Source: the human T2T-CHM13v2.0 reference genome, Homo sapiens
Strand: one strand, 5' to 3'
DNA length: 64,000 nt
Assembly: GCF_009914755.1 (NCBI RefSeq)
Contig: NC_060937.1
Shown in pieces: positions 38,674 through 51,522 of the stretch (the stretch's first letter is position 1; each line of letters opens with the position of its first letter). The notes beneath the pieces are model-generated. The model was not told the origin of the DNA. It searched no databases and worked only from the letters and a program-made list of their open reading frames with translations. The position numbers and the translations under genes were made by a program.

Positions 38674-39220
38674 TGTATTAGTCAGGATTCTCTAGAGGGA
38701 CAGAACTAATAGGATATATATATGCATGAAAGGGAGTTTATTAAGAGAATTGACTCACACAGTCACAAGGTGAAGTCCCACGACAGGCCGTCTGCAAGCT
38801 GAGGAGCAAGGAAGCCAGTAGCGGCCCAGTCCAAGTCCCAAAACCTCAAAAGTAGGGAAGCCGACAGTGCAGGCTTCAGTCTGTGACAGAAGGCCTGAGA
38901 GCCACTGGAGTAAGTCTAAGAGTCCAAAAGCTGAAGAACTTGGAGTCTGATGTTCCAGGGCAGGTAGCAAGCAGCACGGGAGAAAGATGAAGCTGGAAAA
39001 CTCAGCAAGTTGGCTTATCCCACCTTCTTCTGCCTGCTTTATTCTAGCCATGCTGGCAGTTGATCGGATGGTGGCAACCCACATTGAGGGTGGGTCTGCC
39101 TCTCCCAGTCCACTGACTCAATTGTTAATATTCTTTGGCGACACCCTCACAGACACACTCAGGAACAGTACTTTGCATCCGTCAATTCAATCAAGTTGAC
39201 ACTTAACATTAACCATAGCA
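38674..39220 (-). mobile_element. MLT2A2 (HERVL LTR)
   Basis: tgtattagtcaggattctctagagggacagaactaatagg...cccaaaacctcaaaagtagggaagccgacagtgcag...tcaagttgacacttaacattaacc; perfect TSD ataag (38669-38673, 39221-39225). Confidence 0.92.
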
Positions 39221-39432
39221 ATAAGCTTTTAGATTCATTTCTATCTTTGTCACTATAAGAACATTATTTCTTATTGCTATCAAAAATAATTTCAGACTTT
39301 AGTGATAGAAGTTATGTTTTAATGCTTGTTAGTTGAAAACATGTAATGATAACATTGTACTACAAATTCAATAATATTTTCAAACATTTGTAACTATAGT
39401 TACAATATCATTTGTTTCCATTAGAAAAGCAC

Positions 39433-39453
39433 GTGTGTGTGTGTGTGTGTGTG
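39433..39453. repeat. (TG)n microsatellite
   Basis: ~10 TG units. Confidence 0.9.
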
Positions 39454-39967
39454 CATACACATGTCTGTGTCTCTAGGTTTGTGTCTGTGTATTATGGGTA
39501 TGTATAGAAGAGATATTTGTAAGAATTATTTTAAACCAATGCTTTAAATGTAATAACAAAGTAGTCGATGTGCTTAGGGAAAACAAAAAGTTGACAATGA
39601 TTTCTAAAGGAGGAATAAAATTCAATGAGAAAATTTAAAAAGCAGTAAAATGGATAAGCACATTTGAAATGCTCTTGACAATTGTGGATGATGCATGCTC
39701 TTACAGACACTGCTGAGTAAGTGCCAGGGGGTAGGCAAAGTGTTTTTTTTATTCATTATCTCATTTAACAGGATGAAAAGGGTAGAAAAAGAATACAAGA
39801 AAAATAAGTTCTTTACTTTCAAATAGGTACAAGATGTATCACATGGTAGGAGTAAACGAATAGTGGGGGTTACAGGGAGTCAGATTTTTGTTTCCAAAAA
39901 GAAAGAGTTTTCTAACAATGTGACAGACAAAAATAAGTCATTTCAAAAAATAAGACAAAAATGTCTC

Positions 39968-40923
39968 TGCATTAGTCAAGGTTCTCCAGAGGGACAGAAC
40001 CAATCGGATATGTGTATATTGGAAAGGGAGTTTATTTGGAAGAATTAGCTCACACGATTACAAAGCAAAATCCCAGGATAGGTTGTCTGCAAGCTGGGGA
40101 AAGACAGAAGTCAGTAGCATGACTCGGTAAAGTCTGAAAGCCTCAAAACCAGCAAGCAGCCCTCAGTCTACAGTCAGAGGCCCAAAAGCCCCTGGGAAGC
40201 TTCTGGTGCAAGTCCCAGAGTCCAAAGTCCAAAGAACCTGGAATCTAACGTCCAAGGGTAAGATGAGTGGACGAAAACATTAGGCACGAGAAGAAGAAAG
40301 AGAGCCAGAAGACTCAGCAAGCAAACTTATCCCACATTCTTCTTCCTGCTTTGTTCCAGCCACACTGGCAGCTGATTGGATGATGCCCACCACAGAGAGG
40401 GTGGGTCTTCCTCTCCCAGTCCGCCTACTCAAATGTCAATCTCTTCTGCCAACACCCTCACAGACACTCCCAGAAACAATGCTTCACCAGCCACCTCGGC
40501 ATCTGTATTAGTCCATTCTCACACTCCTAATAGACATACCCAAGACTGGGTAATTTATAAAGGAAAGAGGTTTGATTGACTTACAGTTCAGCATGGCTGG
40601 GGAGGCCTCAGGAAACTTACAATCATGGTGGAAGGGGAAGCGAACACATCCTTCTTCACATGGTGGCCACAAGGGGAAGCGTTGAGCAAAAGAGGAAAAA
40701 ACCCCTTATAAAATCTTTAGATCTCATGAGAACTCACTCATTATCCCAAGAACAGCATGAGGGTAACCGTCCCCATGATTCAATTACCTCCTACTGGGTC
40801 CCTCCCACAACATGTGGGGATTATGGGAACTATCATTTAAGATGAGATTTGGGTGGGGACACAGACAAATCATATCAGCATTCTTCAATGCAATCAAGTT
40901 GATACCTAATACCAATCATCACA
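39968..40923 (-). mobile_element. MLT2B-type ERVL LTR split by THE1
   Basis: attagtcaaggttctccagagggacagaacc...gcagctgattggatgatgcccacc; resumes after THE1 with ttcaatgcaatcaagttgatacctaa...catcaca; TSD gtctc/atctc. Confidence 0.9.
40504..40877 (-). mobile_element. THE1C-type MaLR LTR nested in MLT2B
   Basis: tgtattagtccattctcacact...gaggcctcaggaaacttacaatcatgg...gatgagatttgggtggggacacag...atatca; TSD gcatc/gcatt. Confidence 0.93.
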
Positions 40924-41329
40924 ATCTCTAGGTACAATTGTTAAGACTATTTTGAGAAAAGGTAGTGAGTTTTACATCTGATTTATAAATCTGGTTAAAC
41001 ATACTTTTTATTGAGGAAAAGTTTAGATATATAGGTTATAATAATTTCGACATTTCATATACAAAATGTTCCAAGAATATCATGTTAAGAGATTTAGCAA
41101 GTCTACAGTAGAATCTACCACCTATATTTTTATAAAACTCCATGGATAAGTTTGGCGTGCATCAGCAATTGAGAATATATGGCCTAGATGCTAGATTCAA
41201 ATTAAATAAGTAAGGCTGTGGCCAAAAAGAATTTTAAATAACAACTAAATTTATGACTGAAATGATACTACTGTTGTCCCTTAATACCAGGCAAAGTACC
41301 AACAGGACTCTTAATAAGTGGAAATGTAT

Positions 41330-41775
41330 AACAGACAGTGAGAATACTGATAAATATCCAGGAACTTGCTATAAAACATACCATTTCTGAAATATTTATA
41401 GTAATAACATTTTTCTCCTATAAGGCTGAGTATCTCTTCTGATTTGACAAGTCTTCCCAGGCAACCATAATAGTAACAGATCAAATCAAATGAATGTAAT
41501 TATTCCCAGCACTTCTCCTTTTATAAGATGAATTAGCAAGTCTCGGTGATTAAGAACCCTCCAGGAAAACCCAAAGCTACTTTTAGATTTAAAATATACC
41601 CTGAAAATTATATTAAATTTTTCTATGTTTAGGATTCCATTTGGGAATGAAAAATCAAAAAGTTTGTCAGAAAAAACTTGGACTTTTGATTAAGACAGAA
41701 CTATGGATGCCTTAGAGGCAGCCCTATTTGCCTATGTAATCAAAAGGACAATAAAACATTTAAAAATAAACCCCT
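41330..41775 (-). mobile_element. Possible ERV1 (MER4-group) internal fragment
   Basis: AT-rich text such as ccatttgggaatgaaaaatcaaaaagtttgtcag...ttgattaagacagaac resembles MER4-group internal sequence; weak. Confidence 0.3.
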
Positions 41776-41789
41776 CCATGTCATCAATA

Positions 41790-44245
41790 ACTAAAAGATA
41801 TCTTAGAAATGTCGAGATCTAAAAAGAATGTCACATTCTACAACAAGGGAAAAGGCAAGACAAACTGAAAATTAGTGACTTTCATTGAACCTACCAGAGA
41901 ATTGAAGACACAGGACATTAAATTCTCCTGAATTCTGAAGAGACACATAAGCTTGCAGAAAGAAAGAAAACCTAAGCATTTGCTTAGGGGCAGACATCAC
42001 TGGATGAGATATAATCTGGAAGGAAATTTAAACTAGTAACTTGTAACCAATTGCTAAAGGCTGAATATGAACTAACGTCAGAGTGTGAAGCTGAGAAGGG
42101 CGCTGACATAGAGGTCTCATGCTTCTACAGGCCTTTCTGCTGGGACACTTACTCTGATAAATCACAGAGAAGCCAGAGGAAGAGGCCCTACCGAGACTCA
42201 TTTGCTTCTATTTCTCCTAAGCATGAAAAGGCTGATCTGCAGAAGAGGAATGATAGAAGCATTGTTTGAGGACACTGCAGCTGGCTGAAGACAAATGGTG
42301 GAGTAAGAGGTGCTACACCTATTGGAGCCACAGAAAATCTTGAGAAGGCCACACACCCAAGGGCTTCCCTAAGTCTAAAACCTAATGAGAATATTATAGT
42401 GAACCCGCTCGCTCCTTCCACCCCACCTCATAACCATGCTAACAAGCTTCAAGTAAACAATAACAGAGGAAACATCTAGAGAACTGCAAAAGGAAAACTC
42501 TCTCCAGGGAGAAACACAAATTAAAGATGCAAAGCCAACCAGAGAGAAAAAATCCAAAATATCACTAGAGAAACTGCAAGTCTCCTGTGCCCATAACAAC
42601 AACTAATTCCAACTCTGGTAAATAGAGCAACGGAACACTTCAAAGTCAGCCCAAATCCTGACAAAATTAAAACAAATGCCATACTAAATGCATAGCAGAA
42701 GGCATATAATAAATACTTGCCTTGACATCTCTTGACACATACAATACATCCACCTTTCAATACAAAAGTATAGGGCATACCAGACAGCAAAAAAATAAAT
42801 AAATAAATAAATAAAAATACAGTCTTGAAGAGTCAAAGTAATCATTATAACCAAAATCAGTCCTAACACAGATGTTGGATATATCAGACAGGGAATACAA
42901 AATAATAATAATTAGTATGTTAAAGATTCTAATAGAAAAAGTAGATAACATGCAAGAACAGAAGCCAATGTGCAGCACAGAAGGCTACTACAAAAATAGT
43001 AAAATGAAAATATTAGAAACAAATGAAAAAAAACCCACAGCAACAGAAACTGTACAAGTCTCATTAGTAGATATGACACAGCTGATGAAATAAGTACACT
43101 TGAAAATAGGTCAACATAAGTTACCCAAACTAAAATGCGAAAGAAAAAAGTATATTGATAAGAACACAACACATCATTCAAGGGCTGTGGCACAATATCA
43201 GACCTTCTAACATACATATAATTTGAATACCAGTAGGAGATGACAGGGAAAACAGGATGGAAGAAATAGTCAAAGAAACAGTGGCTGAGAATTTTAGAAT
43301 TTTTTATTATTACTAACAGTAACCAAACCACAGATTTCAGAAACTCAGAAATGACCAAACATGATAAACAACAACAACAATAACAATAACAATACACACA
43401 CACCCCTCTAAACATATCATATTCAAATCCCTGAACCAAAGATAAAGAGAGAATCTTGAAGGTAGCTAAGAGAAAACAACACTTTTCCTGCAGAGAAACC
43501 CGGATAAGAATGATGACATACTTCTCACCAGAAACCATGCAAGCTGGAAGACAATGGAATGACATATTTAAAGAGTTGAAAGAATAGATCTGTCAACCTA
43601 GATTTCCATATCTAGTAACAATATTTTCCCAAAATGAAGAGAAATAAAAACTTTCTTAGGCAGAAAAAAACTGAGGGGATTCATTGGCAGCACACTTCTA
43701 CAAGAAATGTTAAAGAAGTCCTTCAAGCTGAAAGAAGATGATAAAGGTTATTAGAAACCCAGATCTACATGAAGCAATGAAGAGTATTTGAAATGGAACA
43801 AATGAAGGAAAATAAAATATTTTATCATGTTATAATTGCTCTCAAAGAAAAATAATATTTTAAAGGTATAATATTAACAATGTATTGTGTGATTGTAGCA
43901 TAAGTAAAAGTGAAATATAAGACAAAATTGGCATAGGCAATGTGGGGAGGAATGAGGAATATGTGGATGCTGCTGGACTTGCGATGGGGGCACTTCTATC
44001 AAGATGTAATCTCATCATAAGTTATATCTGGACAAAAGTAACTCCATCAACTTAAGTCAAGAAACTTACTAAATTCATTTTGCATTTGCAGCATTGTAAA
44101 GTTGAAAAATTATGAGTCAAACCATTGTAAGTTGGAGACTGTCTGTACCGATATAGGATCCTTACACTACACTTGATGAGGTATAATATTTCCGGGTGAA
44201 CTTAGATTATTTGAAAGTGTATTTTGTAAACTCCAGGGCAATCTC
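41790..44245 (+). mobile_element. Old L1M 5'UTR/ORF1 region
   Basis: ORF1-like ~42870-43760 (gagaatcttgaaggtagctaagagaaaac, cttctcaccagaaaccatgcaagctggaagacaatggaatgacatatttaaag); the 217-aa ORF 42912-43565(-) is its antisense frame. Confidence 0.85.
43964..44145 (+). mobile_element. MER47/Tigger5-like TcMar DNA transposon inside L1M
   Basis: Degenerate TIRs ggatgctgctggacttgcgatggg ... accattgtaagttggagactgtctg followed by TA. Confidence 0.65.
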
Positions 44246-44582
44246 CTCTTCAGATGAAGCAGTTTAGTCACATATTTTTCTCCTTTCTAGCTACAATTGC
44301 ATTACTTGCACACTATCTTTCTCATAATAAAACCATTGTGATGAAGAGAAAAGTCATGCTTAGTTGACAGGTAAGCCCCAAGTCCATTGAATTAAACTAT
44401 ATTCTACAATGTATTACTCCTAATCTGTTTCTCTACATTGCTTTGTTGACCAGTATATCTTTCTTTAATATGCTGACTTAATACATTATGAAACTACTAA
44501 CTAAATCTATCAGAATTTTCCTTGAAAAATCCAACATTTTCTTTCTGATTAAGATTACCTTATAATATGAGTTATTCTTTAT

Positions 44583-45076
44583 TGTGTTTCCTGACCACCG
44601 ATGGCCAGAGACCTGACCACTGATGGCCAGAGAAGTTCACTGCTCAAATCTCCGTCAAGAGAGCCCGCTGTGGGGAGCATCACTGACCAGCTTCAACCAT
44701 TGACACTTGAGTCCATGCTGCATTTCCACTGATGTCACGGCCCCTCTGGGTTACTACCAGGCAATGACCATGGTGGTGGCACTGGTGTTGCCCATATGTA
44801 ACTGACGTGGGATCCTTTCCACAGGCAGCCTTTGCTTGGAAACTCCTCATTTGCCTGTGAAATTTCCTCAGGACTCCACCATGGTCACACACTCTTCTTT
44901 CTAATTTGCTCTCCCGCTCCTTTCACAGTCATCTGCATCATGATCTGAAGACTTTTCCTGACTGTTCCCAACTGAGTCCTCCCCTTTTATCCTTCACAGA
45001 CATTTCTCCTAATAAACTTTTTCCATATCTAATCCCATCATGGCATCTACTTCTTGGAGAACCCAGAGTAACACAC
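44583..45076 (+). mobile_element. ERVL LTR (LTR40/LTR16-like)
   Basis: TGTGTT start; ctcctaataaactttttccatatctaatcccatcatggcatctacttcttggagaacccagagtaacaca end typical of this group. Confidence 0.7.
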
Positions 45077-45798
45077 TATCATACATTATATTCTTGGCAT
45101 TTGTTAAAGCTAATTTTCACAAGTTAGTGTTACTCTTCCACAGTTTACAGTGATAAAACTACTTCAACCTTGAAATATGGAGCCAGAACATGAACTTGAT
45201 TCTGCTTCCTCATTTGCTTGTTCTCAAATTTCATGCTTTCTCTACTATACAACACTGCCCCCAAAGACAAGCACAGTCCCTTTCAAATAAATAAAACGAT
45301 GCATGAAGACTGAATCATATCATTAGGCAAATGAACATCATATATATTAGTATATCTCCCCAAAAGTCCTATAGCAATTCAGATGTGATCAATTATATAT
45401 GTATGATCTGTCCCAATCTATTTTTATCTTTTTTTCTTCTGAGAAGTTTCTGGAATTGACTGTCTCAATCTTGACGAACTGCTTAATGACATTGATGAAA
45501 CCTTTCAGAAGCCTAGAAATCTGAACAATTCCATAAAGTACAAATATCTCCTAGAAATACTTAAAGCATATCTTTGAAATCCCTGCTCCACCACTGCTTA
45601 GAGATTTTCAATTTTATCTAATAGGTTCCATAAAAAATACTACAACATTTCAGCTCCTGTGTATGATGGAGAGACTTATAATGACAACCCTAAGGCCTAG
45701 AATTAAATCCTGAATCAAAAGTGGCTTGGAATCCAAAAAGATGAGATTCCAGCCTTAAGGAGCAAAGAAACTCTATAAATGTAAGTGATGATTATTAA

Positions 45799-46100
<302 letters not shown>

Positions 46101-47609
46101 AAGAAGTGACATTTTTACACCTGGACTCACTGTGTAAGAATAGAGCAAATTTTCCATCTTCAAAATCTGGGAAATTTCTTAAAAAATGAAGAGCAGCACC
46201 CATGTCTCCAAATTCCAACTGAGGTAGTGACAAGGCCAAAAGTGCCAAACCACCCACCACTAACTACTCTCAACCAATGGACAGGCTGAGCTTCCTCAAG
46301 TGTCAGGCCTGGGATGTGCGTTTAGCTTGCTGTTTTGTAAATGAGACACTGCTCTCTCTTTGACATTAAAAAAAAAAGTATAAGCCATGATTAATACATA
46401 CCCTGTTTAAGAATGCTAATGCCTTCTGGAAAAAAAAGAGTCATGAGCTGCTAGCACACTCCAAATTCATATGTTAGTATCCTAGTTTGAAAAAGAAAAT
46501 GTGCCACTATATCAGCAACAGTTACATAAGATTTTTATTATGTCTAGCAAAAATTTTAAAACTCTAACTAAAATGGAAAGGAGGAATTGAAGCAGGATTT
46601 TAAAATATGGTGGTTCAGGAAAAATACTAATCGAAGTGTGTAAGGTTCATTTAAAGAAACACTTGGTATTTAATTTGTATATAAAACAAACATTATCATT
46701 ATTTCAGCATTATCAAAAACAATAAGCTCTTCTTTACAGAAAGGTTATTGATTCACTATTAACTACAGATATTAACTAGTACTGTTTTGTCCTAATAGTA
46801 ATTTGTATGGCTCTTTTAATGATCTTACTGACCAACTATTAATATCTCGTAATATTGCCTTTTTATTATCATCACTATCATGATCACCATCATTATCATT
46901 ACTGTCTTAGTTCTGAAAGAAGAGTTAGTAATCATCTTTATCTACTTTATTTTACCTATGAGAGGTAATGTAATTTTCCCAAGATAATAGTCACAGCCAT
47001 TTTAGTTATCCACTTAAGCAGTTTTTCTGTCTCTGAAGTTAATGTTATTTCTCATACAAAAAATAAATAAATGAAACAGGACAAAGTATGCTAGATTGTC
47101 CATTATTAGGAAATATTCACTGGAGTATTTACAAACAAAGAAACATTATTCTTGCCTCTAAAATAATTGAGAAAAAATTTTTAAATGCAGTAAAATATTA
47201 ATATTTGAGGATTCTGTAAAGGATATCCAGCAATTATTTGAACCATTCTTCTATATTGCCCATAAGTCTTTAAATATTTTTTTTAAAAAAACCATTTGGA
47301 AATATTGTGCAATAAATAACTTTCATTAAGTCTATATAAACTATGATAATTTTTTTTTCTGATGATTAACAAAGTCACCAACATCTTGTAGGACCTTGCC
47401 TCTCGTATAAATATGAATAGTATTGATAATTACTGTATAGAAATGTAAGAAACATTAGGCAAGAAATGGAGATATGTTTAGTAAAGATTTCCAAATTAGA
47501 AGTATTTTTGGTTATTGCAATGTTTATTTTAATTCAAAATAATGTGTGTAATAAGAAAGATATTACTTTACTATGCATTAATATTTCAAAAATTGTAAGT
47601 AGAGTCAAC

Positions 47610-47795
47610 ATGTGTTAAATATCTGCCAAGCTTTGTGCTGTATATTTTAGATAGCTTTACAGATAATTCTATCAGAACTTTTAGAGAAGTTTGATGCTAA
47701 GCCCATTTCATAGATGAAGACATTGCATGTTGGAGAAGTTAAATAACTTTCCCAAGGTCACAGGCATTAAACAGTGGACCAAGTATCAAGCACAA
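47610..47795 (-). mobile_element. MIR
   Basis: cccatttcatagatgaagacattg...gagaagttaaataactttcccaaggtcacagg. Confidence 0.75.
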
Positions 47796-48062
47796 TTATA
47801 TTTTCCCCCTATTTCTAAGCACCAAATAGTAGCACTATTGCAATGTGTTTGGCAAAGGAATTGGATGCTATGCCCTATAAGTTACATTTAAAGGAACTAG
47901 ACACATTAAGTCCTGAGACGAGATGACTTGATGGTTATGATCTCATAGGCCAGTCTCTGGGATAATTGGCAGAATTTGCATAAACATAAGTTCTATTCTT
48001 TCAAACTATTGCAGAGATCCATTAAGTTTCTATTAGTTAAAAAAATACTAATAATGAGATTC

Positions 48063-48065
<3 letters not shown>

Positions 48066-48097
<32 letters not shown>
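48066..48097. repeat. poly(T)32
   Basis: 32 consecutive T. Confidence 0.95.
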
Positions 48098-48100
<3 letters not shown>

Positions 48101-48780
48101 GTCGGAGAAAGAAGCTGTAGTAAAGCAAGGAGGAGAAGGCTGTATTAAACAGTGTGGCACAAGATCAGATTCAGAGACATCAATATGAACTCAGGTTTAC
48201 TTTTATACGTATATATGATAAATGCAGAAATAATTATGGATATGTGTGTATGCATAGGTTAGAAAGCATGCATCTATTTCCTAGCTCTGTCTGCTGAGAG
48301 ACCCTAGAGGCAGCTATGCCCAGTATAGTGGATATACTCAGCAACCAGTTCTTGGTTTCTAAATATCATTCTCTACGAAAAAGGAACGAGAAGTGGCTGA
48401 TGGAGGGGTGGGGCAGGGAAAGTATAAGATGACCCCAGAGTATTTTGGAATCCCATAAAGTAAAGGCTGAAAACCAACCAAACAAACAAAAAGACAGGGC
48501 TGCGTCAAAAGAACACAAGAGCCAATCTGAAACAGCTCCCAATGGACAAAGCTGAAACAATTTAAGCAACAAAAAAAAAAAAACAATGTAAAATGAGTTT
48601 ATATAGAAAAGTACTTTAAAAAAAAAAAAACAACAAACCACAGGCGTTTATACTAAGACAGGTAAATGGGTAACCAGAGGCAAAACCTCATTACAGAGGA
48701 ATTTCAAAGAGCATATGTAGTTACTCTCCATTCCAGAGGTGGAACTACTTACTTCTCCTAAAGCATAGGGTTTATTTCCT
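48098..48780 (+). mobile_element. L1MC/L1MD-type 3'UTR fragment
   Basis: cagagacatcaatatgaactc, atttcctagctctgtctgctgagag, tcttggtttctaaatatcattctc, cccaatggacaaagctgaaacaatttaagcaac. Confidence 0.8.
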
Positions 48781-49989
48781 GCCAATACTGCCCCCTCAAC
48801 CCCGCAAAAAAAAAAAAAAAAAAAAAAAAAAGAAGGAAGGTAAGAAAGAAAGCAAGCAAAAATGCAAGCAAACAAGCAAGCAAGCGAGAATAAGGAAATA
48901 CGAAACAAAAAGTAAAAAGCCATTTATTTGCACTATTGTTTTCTCTATATTGCTACCAAAACTTTTTTTTATTTTAATGTCAATATACCTCATCAATCAA
49001 CAATATGGCCCAAAAGGCCCTCAAAATATGGACTGCTTTCTCTACTACATTTCAATTTATTGTCACCATTCTAATAGAATCCTTAAGTCACCTAGAAAAT
49101 TTTAAAGGAAATCCAGATACTGTAATGCAAAGTAAAAAGCAAGAGGAAGATGGTCAGCTGGTCAGCTCTGAGAAACTTGTTTATTTTAAGAGGAAAATGC
49201 CATTGTTCTTTCCCAGAGTCGGGTTTAAACACAGGTAGGTAAATCATAACAGAACAGAACCTCAATAATGAGTCATTTTAATGTGAATAGAAGCATTCTT
49301 CATTTACAGTGGCAATTTATGCTTGGCAGGACTTTTGTTCTCTCATTACTTGAGTTTCAAAAGATCCTAGGAATGTGAGCTGCAAGTCTAGCATGGCATA
49401 TATAGCATTTTTCAACCCATAGACCATTTTCCCAGGGCTGGTTGGTAGGCATAAAAAGAATATCTGATAAAAGGGGCTTTTTCATTGGTTCACTAATTTA
49501 CTTAATATGAAAGAAAATTAAGCTTGAAACTTAACTTTAAAATACTTGGTCATTTGCAAATGCTTTTTGCAATGTCCCATAAGAGCTAAGTACTTAAGAT
49601 GCAAAAGAAAAAAAAGACTGATGTTCAGACGTCATGAAGAAACAGGCATTCTAAGTCAAAGTAATTTGGAAAAAAGAATTAGTCAAAGGTTCTTGGCAAA
49701 GTTCCTGTGTGATGGGAAGCTGTCAAAATGATTGAGAACTAAAGAGGTTATGACAGTTTAGTATCTCCAATTAATTTCATTATTTTATTGAACTTAGAAA
49801 TAAGGTTGCAAGTATGTGCTTATCCATATTCCTACTCTCTAATTTTGAGCAATAATGTCGCCTGCCAAAAATAACCTGTTGTTTTAACCCTAGCCATTTC
49901 TTTCTGTGCTAGGGCTACCAATTAAGATCACATGAGTACTTTAAAACTAATACTTATAACTACTATAGCTTTCTGGTTTATAGATTCCA

Positions 49990-50233
49990 TTAGGCTTACA
50001 TAAAATATCTTAAAGTTATAGCAATCTATTTTAAGCTGATGACACCTTAACTTTTATCACAAAATAATTCTGTGCTGTTTACTCCACACTCCCCAACATT
50101 TTGTATTTATGATGTCATAATTTGTACATATGTTAAATAGCTTGGTTAAGCCGTTCCACAACTTATACATACATCAAAACATCATGTTGTACGCCATAAA
50201 TATATACAATTTTTTACTTGTCAAATAAAAAAT
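49990..50233. mobile_element. Abutting L1M fragments in opposite orientation (antisense inter-ORF piece plus L1MA-type 3' end)
   Basis: aggcttacataaaatatc...ttttaagctgatgacaccttaac (minus) then ccgttccacaacttatacatacatcaaaacatcatgttgtacgccataaatatatacaattt (plus). Confidence 0.65.
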
Positions 50234-50456
50234 GTTTATATAATTTGCCATGTGTAATTAGCTGTGCCCAAGGTGATATATATAACCACATATATTTTTA
50301 AATTGTAGTTAAAAAAAAAACAAACTCACATCCACATAACATAAACTTACCCTCTTAACAACTCAGGTGATACCTTCAACTCCTGTATTTTTACATTTGT
50401 TCTTTGTGCCTAATACTGTGAAAACAAGTTGAAATAAATCAAAGCCTCAGTAAGAG

Positions 50457-50903
50457 TGTTAGATATGAGTTCTAAATTTCTCTTCAAAGAATCAATATGT
50501 CAGTATGTTCAATTCTTTGCCTTCTACTTTTAAACTTAACTTCCTCATAAAGCAACCATTTTCGATTACCTGCTCCACCCTGACTCATTCCGATTAACTG
50601 CTCTGTCATAACCATTTTTCCTGCCAAACCACTCACCCCGTCACTCTCTTTAAATTAGCCAGTTGGAATTAGTTTAGCCTGTACAGTCTAACCCTAGCCA
50701 ATAGGGGAACTACACTGCAGCAGGGGCCATGTGCGTCAGGGACAAGAACGCCTTCCCCTCCCTCATCCAAGTGTGCGCTCACAATTGCTCCATCTGTAAG
50801 GGTGCACCCTTCTATAGAAGTACATTGCCTTGCTGAGAATTAAAAAGAAAATTTTATATTCAAGTGCTATTTCTTTTGTGGCACCAAGACTTTATTTATA
50901 ACA
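50457..50903 (+). mobile_element. LTR10F solo LTR (HERVIP10-type, ERV1)
   Basis: TGTTAGATATGAGTTCTAAATTTCTCTTCAAAG start, TTTATAACA end, unit gattacctgctccaccctgactcattcc; perfect TSD agag (50453-50456, 50904-50907). Confidence 0.9.
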
Positions 50904-50990
50904 AGAGGTTCTATATGCTTTTGTCCCATGATCTTGAATTGGAGAAACTCATTTGAACCTCTTAAATGATTGTCATAAGCTCTACAATCT

Positions 50991-51522
50991 TGTCATAGAA
51001 ACACAACGCAGCCTGGAGCATGCCCTCTGGGGACTACAAGACTGCCAGTGAGAGGCCTTGCATCTGGAACATTCAGGATTTTGAAAGGAGTTAGCCAGCT
51101 TGCTTCAGGCACACTGCAAAGGGAGGGCCCCTGGAGAGCCTCCGCCCCACCTCTCAGGTGCTTGCACCGGATGTTTTCTTCACATAAGGCAACTTGCAAA
51201 GGGGGCTTGCCTAAATATGCCCACAGTGGACTAAGGGCCCACATGTACACTGGGGGAATGGGGTGGAGCTACCAAGAATTCACACCTTACACAAATAGGG
51301 AACCCAGCCCCATCAGCTTATATATAAAAAAGCCCTGGCATTCTACTGTAAAGGGGGCAACCGGGAACCTGCTTTCAGGACCCCTGTCTTTGCTGAGAAC
51401 TTTCCTTTTCGCTTAATAAATTCTACTCCAGTCACTCTTTGATGTCCATGTGCCCATTTCTTCCTGGCAATGAAACAAGAACCCAGCCCTGGCTGAGCTA
51501 AGGAGAAAAAAATCTTGCGTCA
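50991..51522 (+). mobile_element. MER61-related solo LTR (MER61E/F-like)
   Basis: TG...CA termini, TATA (tatataaaaa ~51321), aataaa ~51415, gctgagctaaggagaaaaaa end motif, p53-type site; TSD atct/attt. Confidence 0.78.

Noticed and set aside
42912-43565. Longest ORF (217 aa, minus strand)
   Set aside because: Antisense frame of a decayed L1 ORF1 including a (CAA)n-derived Cys run; no evidence of a real gene
51048-51416. 122-aa ORF
   Set aside because: Lies wholly within a solo LTR; no recognisable protein features
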